Below, one piece after another: positions 36,064-49,100 of a stretch of 64,000 nt of DNA (its first letter is position 1; the number at the start of each line of letters is the position of its first letter). Location of the stretch: contig NW_020846447.1 of NCBI RefSeq assembly GCF_003704095.1, positions 1 through 64,000 on the forward strand, given 5' to 3'. The notes under the pieces are model-generated. The model saw only the letters and a list, made by a program, of their open reading frames with translations. It was not told where the DNA came from and made no database searches. Position numbers and translations under genes: made by a program. The DNA comes from Pocillopora damicornis. Its lineage: Eukaryota.

Positions 36064-38210
36064 ATGGAAGACGAAAACTTGTCATTTGTTCTTTTGCGAA
36101 ATCATCCTGAATTTCTGGAGGAGACGGCAATTTTATTGAATTCTGAATGGTCAAAAACTCTGGAAGGGAGGTAAGCAGTGAGTAAGATTTCCTTATTTTT
36201 GTAGGAAATAAAAGCTGAAAATGCTCACTTGGAGCAGGGATGTAAGTCACTCCTTTTCAGGTGAAGGGGTGGGGTGGAAGGGGACTTTTTTTTTCCCAAG
36301 CTATTTTCACGCATATTTGGTCCGAGAAACCTACAGACTTCCAAAATTTTACGTGAAATAGGGCTGGTTCCTAAGCATAAAAAATAGTAGAGAAATATTT
36401 ACTTTGTACCAGAAGTTTTATTTATTTGTTAATTTTGTTTATTTCTTTTCCTCTTTTCCTTCATGGTTCTCTGCAATTTGTTAAGAATACTGTGCTTCAA
36501 AATGAGCTCATTATTGTCTTACTTTTATTTGCCTCATTTCTCAAACAATCCAGAGATATCAGTTTTGTACTACATTTTTTAATGTTACTGATAAGAAATN
36601 NNNNNNNNNNNNNNNNNNNNNNNNNNNNNNNNNNNNNNNNNNNNNNNNNNNNNNNNNNNNNNNNNNNNNNNNNNNNNNNNNNNNNNNNNNNNNNNNNNNN
36701 NNNNNNNNNNNNNNNNNNNNNNNNNNNNNNNNNNNNNNNNNNNNNNNNNNNNNNNNNNNNNNNNNNNNNNNNAAGCACATACAAGAGTCATTGGTCACTG
36801 TAGACTCAACAAGGTTCTGGGAAAACCAAAGGCATCATTTTTGACTTGTGGTGAGATAAAGTTTTGAATTTCCTTGCAGTTTTTATTCAATGAGAGCTAA
36901 GTCTAGAAAAGGTATGGTGAAACTCCAAAATTTTGAAAGAATTACCCTGTTTTAGGCTTTGTTTATCCTTTTTTCAGTAATCGTTTTTAGGTTATCTGTT
37001 TTTGGTTATCTTTGTTTTTCCTTTTCTCATGTTCTCCCAACATCTCTCTTGGGTTGTTACATGGGTAAATCAATAGAAAGTGTGGTCTACTGCTTAAATA
37101 ATTCTAGAATGTTTTATGTCTAATACTAACTACTTTTTTGACTTATTAGTGGTGATAGGAAAGGCTTATAGAGGATGTGGACTTGGAAGAAAGCTCATGC
37201 AGCTCACAGAAAGCTATGCATCTCAGTTAGTTTTCAACTCTTTTATTATTAAAGTATGTTTAAATTTATCTGTAGACTTGTTTACAGTTGTGAGAATTCA
37301 TCCTGATCTTCCCTAACTGGAACAGAGTAGTAGTATTATCATTTCACCTGGGAATCCAGACTTCATTGACATTGGAAGAAATCCCATTTGTTGCAGTTTG
37401 TTATTATCTTCTATAAATGTTTAAATGGACTTTTTGTTAGAAATTTTGAAATAATAGATACATGAAAATAATAAAAAATGGTCATGAGTTTTTTTTACAT
37501 ACAATTTAGTAAGAAGATGCATTATTCTTCATATTCACTCACAGACTCTTGCATCTATTCTTTCAATTTTAGGCTAGGATTGACAGCAATTTACCTCTCA
37601 ACATACAATAAGTATGAGTTTTATAAACATCTTGGTTATCATGAATGTACTCAAGTCACTCCAATTAAAGCAAGCTCAAGCCTATTTATTAACTCTCAGG
37701 TAATGAACTATGAATTAAATTGGGAGGAATTAGAATTTAATATTTTCTGGATATGATATTTTGTTAGTTTAGACACATTTTATGTTTTTTTTTCCATTTC
37801 AGCTTAATTTACTAGGTGAGCAGGTTGGAGAAGGGGATAATCTGACAGTAAATCAAGGGGAATATGACTTACCTCATTTCAGTCCTGAAAACTCTGTTTC
37901 AAGGAATCAAGAAGCCATGTTTAATGAATTGAATCAAAGGGAGAAGGAGCAAAATATTCACCAACAACAGCAAGAGATTGACAATGATCATGGAGCCAGA
38001 GAGAGGGAAACAAGTTGTTGCTCATCATCATTGGTTCAACTCACAGAGGCAGTGACACTCACATCATTGCAACAAGCATCCCCACCCCCTCCCCTGCCCC
38101 CTCCTCCTCCTCCTCCCCCTCCTCCACCTCTTTCTCTGCAATCTCCACCTAGTCAATTGAGATCTATTCTTGCAAAATCAACTTGGATGATGAAAGAACT
38201 CATTTCATAA
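36064..38210 (+). CDS. NAA80: Actin N-alpha-acetyltransferase NAA80 (NAT6); exons 36064-36170, [exon(s) probably in the N gap 36600-36772], 37150-37225, 37573-37699, 37803-38210
   Basis: LLNSEW..T..GR; GNAT motif A YRGCGLGRKLM; IYLSTYNKYEFYKHLGY; poly-proline loop followed by a terminal WMMKEL strand. Confidence 0.88.
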
Positions 38211-38914
38211 TTACTAGTGAAATTATTTGTCACAAAGTTGAAATGTCATCAGTGCATTTATGCTAAGTTAATCTCATCAAACCACTTTATTATCTAACCA
38301 TGAATCAGTTCTCTTTTTACTCCATAAATCAAATTTTTAATCAGTTTTATGGCCCATGTGAATCTTTTATACCTCATGGTTTTATTTGGACCTTACCCTT
38401 TTCCTGCGGGATTTTTCATCGATCACACACATTTATAGTATTGCGGACGTATGCGCAATTTATGTGTACATTATATGGGAAGCCATTTGTGCCAAAATTA
38501 TCAACCGCTAGTAACATCATCACCATGTAAGTAGGGGCAGCTGACATATAAAAACGTTACTAATTGTTCTTAAAGGGTATATTCGAGTAATTTCTGAGAG
38601 AAAAATGGATAAAAATAGATCAGTATCTACGCATTTTTAGCGCGTGATCTTTGGCTTCAAGCTAACAGGAAGAGGTGTGTAGGTGTGAAAGTCTTCACGT
38701 ACGATCGCATGCTTCTACAAGCCTCCTTTGAAAGTTTGTGAAGAAAAACTCTGAGGGATTTTTTAATATTCTAAATTAAAAATGGACACAATGGTCATTT
38801 TGGAAACATTTCAGTTTCCTTTCATAGTTATCCTCTATTTTAAAATGTGATTAAAATGATAGAAAAAGTCCCCATCCATATTACCCAATTTAGCAAGCTT
38901 GCGTACATACGAAA

Positions 38915-39010
38915 TCGGCCATGACGTAATCCCTTGACGTCAACATTGCATTAATTAATATTGTATCGTGATTGGCTTGTTTTCAATTTTCTCTACAGAT
39001 GATTGGTTGA
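38915..39010 (+). promoter_or_regulatory. Tandem CRE/ATF sites plus two inverted CCAAT boxes upstream of the SERTA-like gene
   Basis: TGACGTAA 38922-38929; perfect TGACGTCA 38935-38942; ATTGG at 38971 and 39002. Confidence 0.65.
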
Positions 39011-39551
39011 AAACATGATTAAAACCTGTTTATCTAGTTTGACTAGTTAGGTGTTTCTGTACGTAAAGCAAACGTTTATTGCGTTGGTCAGTGTTTGGGG
39101 CACCGCTCGCAACTAGCAGAAGTAAGTCTTCGCGCTGTATATTCTTACTCTTTACATCGCTTTATTACTTAGCCTTAACTATATCTTCGCGAGAAAGATT
39201 TCCATCAAAGAGACGTCTTTGCAATCGATTTTGTGGGTTGTAGTGAAAAGTGTCACGTATCAACGAGTTCGAGCATTCAACAACTTTGCGTCGCTCATAA
39301 AACTTGGTACATCGAATCTGTCTATGTTCAAATAAATTCGGATTGAGAGGGACAACCTTCAGTATCAAGGAAGTCGTAAGAGAGACGAGAAGTCAAAATC
39401 AAGAAGAATAAGACAGCAAAAGCGTGTAAACCAGTTCGAAAGGGTTGAGTTCACCTCAGTATTGGCTAGCGTCGTATTAAGAGGGTCCCTCCGTTGCGTG
39501 GGCAGAGGTAGTAGAACTTAACGTTTTTACTGTTTTCCTTGCGAAAATAGC

Positions 39552-39935
39552 ATGCACAGCCGTCCCATCGTCAAGACTAAACGCAGCAAACACTCCGTGT
39601 ACTCAGACAGAGAATTATGGTCTTTGTTAACGACATCTTTAGAGAAGAAGAAAGCGAACAAAAGGAGACGGGATCCAGACATGTTAAGAAACGCTGTGTT
39701 GGAGTTGACAGTACAAAAACTAAACGAAGAGATCACAGACAGATGTATGAAAAAAGTGAAACGTCGAAAACTGGAGGATTCTTACGAATGGCAAGAGTCT
39801 CCGGACGGACTTGGATGGAACATGACAGCATCCTACCAAGATGATGAAGATCTTTTAGGTATCGACGACTTCTTTCAGAAATTAAGTACTAGCTGTAAAA
39901 CTCGAAATAACTCGTCTACCATTTCTGAGACGTGA
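39552..39935 (+). CDS. 127-aa SERTA-domain-like (SERTAD/TRIP-Br/CDCA4 family) transcriptional co-regulator with a single coding exon
   Basis: WSLLTTSLEK...RRDPDMLRNAVLELTVQKLNEEI resembles the SERTA pattern LLxxSLxK...EPxLxRxVLxxxTxxxIxxE; NLS KKVKRRK; acidic hydrophobic tail DLLGIDDFFQKL; splice acceptor at 39550; AATAAA at ~40248. Confidence 0.6.
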   Translation: MHSRPIVKTKRSKHSVYSDRELWSLLTTSLEKKKANKRRRDPDMLRNAVLELTVQKLNEEITDRCMKKVKRRKLEDSYEWQESPDGLGWNMTASYQDDEDLLGIDDFFQKLSTSCKTRNNSSTISET

Positions 39936-42235
39936 TATCTCATTGTCTGTAATGGCAAGGAAAGCCTGTGAAGGCCCATTGCAGGAAAGAAAATTTAAGA
40001 AATCTTAAGCGGTCGTAGAGGAATATTCCAGTAATTTTTCTAGACTGATAAGATTATTCTTGTAAGTTTGGGTAATTCGCAGTTTTCCCTGATCTGTTTT
40101 TTTTTTCTTTTTTTTTTTTTTAATAAAAAAGGTAAACGAGTGAGTGCAAGTAAGAGTATTTGCAAATGTTTGTACATTTGATAAGTGGTGAAGCGATATA
40201 AACTATTTTTTTTAATTGTAAATATTACTATTTATTATAAATTTGTGAATAAAATTTATGTGAATACATAAGGGTTCAAGGTTTGATAAATTTTCACTTA
40301 TTTATTGATTGCCTTCACAGTCACAGGTTGAACATTATTGTTCTACAGCAGATGTTCCGTCATTAACATCTCTTGCCTAGAGTACATCTAAAGCTTCTGA
40401 GAGAAGGTATTATATTCAGAGTTGTGAAGTACTTAAGATAGAAGCTTTAAGTAGCGAAAAAGGCTTGTGTTCACAAAGAGTTTGCCACAGAATTAAATTA
40501 AAATCAGATCGGCTATAATCTTGTTCTTAAGTTTGATTTGAAAAGGGAATTGCTGCTTGTGGCAAATGGTTTGAAAACAATAGTGTTGCAAATGAAGAGG
40601 AAAAATTGTTATAAATTAGTGATTTTAAATGTAAGTCATTTCTCTTGAAGCCTTGTGCAACACCGATGGTCACATGCTGTCAAGTGACGATTGAGGAAAG
40701 GGAGAAATCAATGGTGTGCACGGAGACAGCTGAAGTCACTGGTAAATGCAATGCATTTGCCTGTTCATTTAAATTGAATGTCTGCAGATGGCTTTTGAAC
40801 TGTTTTCTTGTCAAGCCTCAAATAGAGGAGCTGAAGTAGTTGTTTTTGTCAACTCTCTAGTTCAGCTGCATACCTTCTGAAAATGCACTGGGGGACAAGT
40901 TTAAAGGCAAACGTCAAGGCTTGTTATGTAGTGATATTACGTGCAGTTAGTTAGAGCTAATAATTTGAAGAGGGTAAGCTAGAAATGAGGATTTTAAAAA
41001 ATCAACAAATTGAGGGGTGAAGGTAATATGCTTAGCCCATGTAGCTAAAAATAACATTGACTTCCATTCATTTGACACTGCTGCATACAGGTTCTTGCTG
41101 TTATATTTTAATAGTAGTTATTGTTAGGGTTTGCAACAGTTGTTCCTTTGATTTGATCTTAAGTGGTGCCAAGAAACTGGCAAGCAAGTCCAATTGGAGC
41201 TATCAGACCTTGCAAAGGAAAAAGCAAGAATGTTAAGTACATCTATACAGATAAAAACCTCATTTACTTTAAGTCGTGGTTAAAGGAAGCATTGTCATGT
41301 CCCTCCTTATTCATGGTACAACTATGCTAGTCTTGGAAATGGGTTATGGAACTTGCGTGGATGGTAGATAGTTTGACACCTAAAGAGTACTTTTGAACTA
41401 GTGGAGTGGAAAGCTCAGAGCCAGTATTAGTAGTTATCTTGTTGTTCTCCAAAAGAATGGACAGACATCCCACTTCCTTGTTTCATCACTATGAAGTGTC
41501 TTGAATCCGAGATCAGTGTGTGTGTGTAGATGGATGTTGTGTTGCAGAGTGTTTTGCAGGCATTTCAATTCGTAGTTCAGCAACTGGAATCAGAACATCA
41601 GGTATTTCTGTTATCCAATCGTCTTTTGTCCACTCATAAGATATTCACAGTAGATCAAAAGAAGTATGCGTTTTTTGTAATTGCAGTAGTGTTTTGGGCA
41701 GGGTGTTGTTTGTTTCTCTATTATTATGCAGTCAAGTAGACTTGGCAATACAAGCCAGAGAGAATGATCCCAGAGGGTCATCAGCAATTGGTAGATCATT
41801 GGCATATCAGTGGAAACTGGATTCAAGCAATGTAAGCTGACAAAAATGAATTTATCACAATTCCTGCATTAGATTAGTATCATCAATGTGCCTGGTTTGC
41901 TACTTCAGCACCAAAACTGCACCTATCATGGACAGATTTAACACATCCCTGGGTGTTATGTATGGTGATCAGTGCAAATAAAGTTTACCAAGGATTGTAT
42001 TTGCCATTCAGCCTTAAACAAAAGTTGAGCATCTCTTCCTCTCTTCATGGTTTGGCATCTAGTCATTTGATATTGTTCTTCTCCTCTTCACTACCCTTAA
42101 AGCCAGCCTAGCATTGTATAAAAGCGTTGCCAATGCATTTCGACAGAGAGAGACATTAATTTGCTACCCTAGACAAAACAAATTGACATTTTAGCATAAG
42201 ATGTCAAACATGATACATATGACCTGACTGGACAC

Positions 42236-42441
42236 TGATTCAGCCTAAAGAAAGATGCAAAATGAAGTAGCAACATGAGAGAAAGTAAAAGCTGCCCATT
42301 TAGTCTAGCCCCTGAGGATCTTGAAACCATCTTCCCCTATGATTCAGCCTAAACAAAGATGCAAAATGAAGTAGCAACATGAGAGAAAGTAAAAGCTGCC
42401 CGGTTAGTCTAGTCCCTGAGGATCTTGAAACCATCTACCCC
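42236..42441. repeat. Tandem duplication, 104-bp unit x2
   Basis: TGATTCAGCCTAAA...GAGGATCTTGAAACCATCT at 42236 and 42340. Confidence 0.95.
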
Positions 42442-45400
42442 AGTGATAGGACATGATGTGAGGAGCTGAAATGCTAGTAGTATTCCAGAATTAGCTTTGC
42501 CATCAGTGTAGAAAAGCTTTCACAGCTCCCATTTGATGGAAATAGCAAGCAGTTTTCCCAGTTTGAATGCAGACACTCTTTGGCAAATCTCATAGTAGAG
42601 GTCAGGATGTTTGAATTGCCCAAAGAATGCATGCTTTGAAGCTTTTTCAGCTATTCAGCAAGGAAGCAGCACCAAAATGATGAAATCAAACTGAAATCGC
42701 ACCAAAATCATTACCTGTGGAGTAAGCATATTCATTGTTAGTAGTTCTTGTGGTGCTCTTGGCTCAATATACATGGTGAAGGTAACAAAATTTTTATTCA
42801 GATGAACTTCCTTTAGCAAGGAGAGCTAATCTCACTAGCAGATATTGGTTGTGTGACTTTTGCCCTCCTTGTAAGAGAATGCAACTAGCAATGCAGAAGA
42901 GCTGCTGATAAGGAAGACACACCTTGATTTCCATAAGTGCAATTTTCAGCCCTCCCCCATCATAATGTGGGATCAATGGGACTTTTTTGTCGTTAAAATC
43001 ACATTCAACCATCAGTAGTGGCGAGTAGTAGTTTACAGTTGTACTTTCAAGTTGCAAGCATCTTTTTTGTGGTTAAAAATTTTCAAGCTTCTTTAACAGC
43101 CACTATTGTGATCTTTCCGGTTGTGTTGGATTCATCCTCGATTAAAAAAAGGGACTTAAATCTGTGAACTTCATAGGATCTGAAGAATCACTTAAAGACA
43201 ATTTCCACCCAGCTAGGATTTCTTTTCATTCACTTAGATAGTCACTTCATCACACAAGGCAAGCTTTTGAGAGCGCAATGTTGGAATTTTGAATTTGTTT
43301 TCTACAGTGTGCGTGTGTGTAGCTTTCTCATCAGAGTCAAATGTAAGCAGATGGACCAAGCAGCAGTTGGCTATCCTTTGACTGTCCGCATGTTAGGTTG
43401 TTAAACCAAGCAAAAATGAAAGAAGGACTGATTATTCTGCAAAGAACACCAGTAATTGTATCTATCCTTGGAAATCCATTTTGCCCAAAGTCCCACTTCC
43501 CAAGTAGCGAGAGTACAGCAGCGGGTATTGAATTTCAAACCATCCTTTGATCCTTAGCACACCAAGCCATAGTTGGTTACTTTCTCCACTTCCTAGAAGT
43601 TATCATCAAAGAAAATACCAAGGTCAACAATATGTTTCCACTTGCATTAAGCCACAAGGTAGAGCTTTAGAGGATATTGGTTTTCAAATATACATAGCTT
43701 TGTTAGCAGAATTGGCTTCCAACTCAAGAAATTTGGCAAGAGTTTTGTCGTGATTGCAAATTGACCCAAGAAAATTGATTTGGCCTTTCACCCATGAGTG
43801 GCTTCCTCTTCCCCAGCATACTTTGGATGGATGTGCGTAGTTACTGAAGCTAGCTGGCAATTTGTACTTTCCTCAGCCCTTGGCACCTACTGAAATACTA
43901 GGTGGATGCCTTTGAAAGTAAAGTAACCAATAGAAAATAGAAGAAATTTCTCGGGAAGTCAGATTGGCTGGAGCAAGCATAATATTTAAAGTAACCTGCA
44001 GGATTGATAATATTCTAAGAAATAAGTACTCTTTTGTCAAGGTGATAACCCAACTGATTTCACAGGTAATAGCTTTTTTGAATGTGTTTTCCTTGTTTTC
44101 TGCTTGCTTGATGTGTTTTGTTTTTTTGTTTCTGAGAAAGTTGGGATGATAGAGCTTAGGTGTCAACTTGAAACGTAGCAAAACCCTACTGGTGTCTTCA
44201 AAGCAATGTCAAAAAGTTAATGTTTCTGACCCATTGGTGATAGAGATGACAACGCAGCTGTGGTGCATAATTCTAAAAGTTTAAAGCCCACCCTAAAAGT
44301 CACCTTAAGTTTCTCCTGTGTGATTGGGGACCTGATGTCTTGAGTCCATGCAATTAGATGAGAGAGAGAGAGAGGATTAGTTGTGCTGTATCTGTGAAGA
44401 TGAGGAATCTAAGGAATGGCCTGTTTGCAAATTGAGCAACTGGATTTGTCTGGCAAGTAGTTTTGGATCAATTTTTCATACTATTTTTCTTGTGTGATAA
44501 GCAAATGCTTGCATTCCCTGAGACAGTTTTTTCCAGGACGGTGAAATCAGTGAAACAAGAGTGTGCAGGAGCCTTTATGTTACTAGTGACTCTGAGTAAG
44601 GCCTTCATTTTAGCCCAGCATTGAAGTGGCACTTGTTTAAGTTCTTGGAGAAGTGACTGTAATCAACTGATGACCTCTGCACAGCAGCAAGAACTAGATG
44701 CAGGCACAAGTTTTAAAGCCCCTCAGCTTTGCTCTGTAGCATGCTACTTAAAGTTTTCAGATAGTGAGAATTCATTTGATGGAAGAAGCTAAATCTTTGG
44801 ATTACTATGAGAGTCAGAAAGCAGTGTGTAACATGGGTATTACTCATAATTTCAAAGTATGTCAAGGATTTCATTAAGGTAGTGAACATTTTCTTGAGCT
44901 TTTGAGTCTTTTTTTTTTTTCTCTTGTTTGTTCTGAATTCGGTTTTCAGCAGTTTTGTGGAGGAATCTGTCGGCAATGATCAGTGGTGATTTTCTGCCAT
45001 AGTGGTGGTCTTAAATTTCAATTGGCAACTTCTTGAGGCGGCATTCCAGCTTTTAGCAAGGTGCAAGTTCCACTATCACTTTTAGATGTTAAATCAGCAG
45101 GCAAACCCAACCAATTTGGACATTTCACCATTCACGTGGCTTTCAGAAAAAGGCTTGCAGCATATCAGTAGGACTGGTCTGTATGGGTCTGGCCTCAGGT
45201 AGCTGAATTTAACTGAGATAATCCTGCAGAAAAAAAGAGGACAGAAGTACACGTACAATGACTGTTGGTGGAACTTCCTCAGAAGTGGTAATGTTAGGCA
45301 ACCAAATTCATTCTTCCATTGTTTTAAAGAAAGAATCAGAAACACTTTGCACCATTTCAATTGATATGAGCAGTCCTAATTATCTGGTAAGGAAATATTT

Positions 45401-45954
45401 CAAACAAGTTTATGCATGGACTCAGTTATTTTGGGTATATTTTTTGGATCTTTTTCAAGTGTCTTTCAGAATGTATACAGTCTGTGTACAGTAGCAGTTT
45501 CTTGGAAAAGCATTTTTCTCAATTTTGAACAAGACTTCTTAGCATCCAGCAGCTTTCCCTGGTCCTTGTTAAAAACCTTAAATGTGCATCAAGCACGAAG
45601 GAAGGCCCTGCTAACCCAAAGGTGTGAACTTAATGGGTATTAAATGTTCTCTGCCTTACAATGGGTGCAGTTTGTGTGGAAACTTTTTGCCAGGTTTTCA
45701 GCCCCAGCGTGTGGTTCACAATTCACTCTATTGGTGGAATTAGTGCATTAGGACAAGGGCAATTTTCAGAGTAATCCTAGGGTCAGGAGGCACATTTTCA
45801 GGGTCAAATGTAAGTGCGTGCTGTAATTCTTCTCAAGTGAGTTTTGTCCTATTGGCTACCTTGTCAGTTTTTTTTTTTTGTGAGTTGTGTGTGCATGGTT
45901 TTAAATGACTTTGTTAGGAATATGTATGCAGAGTTAGCAACAATGGTTTTTTAG

Positions 45955-46166
45955 GACTGTATTGTACCCAATTCAAGTCCAAAATGGAATTGTCAGACCA
46001 TAAAGTGGTTTTTCAGAATTTGGCAAGCACCTCGGAGGCAAATTCAGTGGTACACAAAAGACTGTATTGTACTCAATTCAAGTCCAAAATGGAATTGTCA
46101 GACCACCAAGAAATTTTTCAGAATTTGGCAAGCACCTCAGAGGCAAATTCAGTGGTACACAAAAGA
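45955..46166. repeat. Tandem duplication, 105-bp (35-codon) unit x2
   Basis: GACTGTATTGTAC...GTGGTACACAAAA at 45955 and 46060. Confidence 0.95.
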
Positions 46167-49100
46167 AGTGAATATACCACATCCCGGAGAACTTAAACCT
46201 TCTTCAGAAATGCTGAGTAAAGTTAACCACTCTGAAGTCCTTCATCATTTTGGACCAAAACAACGCTTTTACCTGTTTGATATTAATATTTACAATAGTG
46301 CAGACCATCTGGTAAGGGAAACCTTCAAATCAACCATGTATGAGCATGTATTTCCTGTGGATTTCTTTTCTTTTAAGGAGTCTTTTTTCAGGGGATAAGC
46401 CTAGTAATTTCAGCAGCACTTTACCAAACCAACTGAAATTATGGAGCAGCAATAGCTTTGTGCCAGCTTTGAAAATTATCCAAGTCCTTTTGTGCCAAGG
46501 TAGCGTCACTGTGGTAATATCCAGTCCAGTTAAGTGGTTAAAAGTTAACCTCCTAGATCCTCGAAAGAGTTTTGCCATACCTGTCCAAGTTAAGGGCCAT
46601 GTGCTGTCACTCAAGTGTAGCTGAACATGCTGTGTCTTAGAGAACCACATCCCTCTTGTGTATTTATGTGCCAGTGCATTGTCTATACCAGTTTCAGGAC
46701 TGCCCAACGTACCGTGTATTTTGTTGCAACAAATTTATCAGAACTTGTCATTCTGGGGTAAAACAACCAGCATATTGGGTGCATTTTCGACCTGTTCCTA
46801 AAGAGCAAATTCATCTACACACATCTTGTATTCCATGTGTTGTGCCACCTGCCTTTTAGATGTCAAGTGTGTATTGCTTCATGGAAAGTGTCTGTTCAAC
46901 AAAAAACAGCCCACTCATCAACAAACTTTTAAGATGAACATTTCAAAAAATCTGGTTATGTTACTCCTTCAAAGTCTGTGATTGTCTTGCTCCCATGGGC
47001 AGTCCCAAGTCCTAGTCACTGATTCTCTAAGTAGGCTGATCAGAAATTTACCAGTACATTCATGGAGGTGCAATTCACATCTGAATCCTTACTTGGTGGT
47101 TAAAGATTCTTGTAGAAGGTTAAATTAAAGGTTGGTTTTACGTTTTGGTTAATTTGTAGTATTTGTAATTAGACAATTCATATTTCTCAATTAAGTTATC
47201 CAGGGATGAGGTAATATAAAGACCGTACTGTCTCTCAAGAATTGTTCTTATGCTCTTGACTAAGTGACTTAATTAATAAGATATAGAGTTAAGTTTAACC
47301 TAGTAGTATCATCAAAACCAGTACATACTTTGTCAGACCTTACAGATATCGAGTATCACCAAGTAATGGAAGCTTTTTGGCTTCGGCAAGTATTTGTTTT
47401 GGAATGTTGCCTTTTTTGTTGTTAATATGTCTTAACTGTAATCACATGTCTTTCTTGTCATGAAAATCAGTGGAAGGGTTTACTGTGAAATACCATCTAC
47501 TAAGATTTATTTCCCTTAGAAATGCATCATTAACTATTGTTAACATATTAGCTCCATAGCTATTTATGCTTGTGTATAAAGTCGAAACTGTGAAGAGCTT
47601 TGTCTGTGATTGGGGGGATATTTTTGTTCTCTTTTGATTGTTACCAGGCAAATTTGCATTTTTTGGATGGAATGTCAAGAATATGAAAAAGGCAAGCTTA
47701 ACTTTCTGATCCTTAGTTTCATTATAGATTACTCTTTTTTTCATTTTGTAATCTAACATGCATTTTGATAGCGGTAGTTTGTAATTAACCTATTCCACAC
47801 GTTTTTTTTTTAATTTATTTATTTACTGTAACTGAAAATCTTAGTTAGGTTGCAATACTTCATTATGTAATCTAGGATTTATTATGGGCAAACAGTGCAT
47901 ATTTTTGTCAACCTCTATAGCTATTAAGGTTGCTTATGTGATAGATGAAGCTCAGTTTCACTCATTTGGTCTGTGAGCAAAAGCAGCTGGGAATACTTTT
48001 TACAGGATAACAATCAAGGCTTAATCAAAAATTTCTGCTCTGAACTGCAAGTTGTCATCATGCAGCAATCATTTGGTTGATGCAGGTATTGATTTGAACT
48101 GTTGCCTTTTGAATTGTTAGGTCTTTGAAATATTTTGCATACTCTGATTAATTCACAGCGCTTTTTTCTGGATCAACAATTGTTGCCAGGTCATCTTTGC
48201 CCAAAATGGTTATGGCCTTGACTTGCTGTTTGCTGTCGGTCAGTTCAGTAGTTTGTCTTGTTCAAAATTTTTATGCAGAAATCTGTGCATATATCCTCTC
48301 TACACAGTGTTGTAATCTTGTTGGAAATGAAGGGCTTTCAAATGCATCCTCTTCATCCAGTTGATACAGGTATTGATGTGACCATTTGGCATCTGCTTTA
48401 ATTTTTTCTCTGAGATGCATTACATACTTTGATCAATTCATAGTGATTTCTGTTGGAATATACTAGAATTCAACTTAATTTTGAAGTTTTCTTGGCATTG
48501 ACTTTCAAGGCTGAGTTGGTCAGTGATTGAAGTTTAAAATTGTCGCCCAGAATCATTTCATTTCATCTCTTCAAGCAGATTTGTATTTTCACTGGGTGTT
48601 GTCACCCTTCCAAGTGCTGCCTCGTCATTTAGTTTACACAGGTATTCGCTTGACCTTTTGCCACCTGGAGCATTTTTTCTTTGAAATATATTGCATACTC
48701 TGATCTTTTTACAGCATTTTTTATTGAATGTGCTACTGTTGACACCTCAACTTGGCCTAAGATTTTATGGCCTTCGCTTTCCGGCATGCATAGGTCAGTT
48801 CCATGATGTGGCAGTTGAAATCAATGTGTAGAAATCTGTGTACATGTCCTCTATATACAGCTTCGTTAATCGATTGGATGCATATGTCCTTCAAATGCGA
48901 TCTTGTCATTGTGTTGATTCAGGTATTCACTTAACGTTTTGCCTTCTGAACTGTTTTTCTTCAAAATGTATGACATACTCTGGTCAATTCACAGCAATAT
49001 CTGTTTGAATGTGGAACTGTGGACAGCCCAACTTGGTCTTGGAACATAATGGCCGTGACTTCTTTTGTCCATGAACGTTAGTTTTACGATTTGTCTAGTT

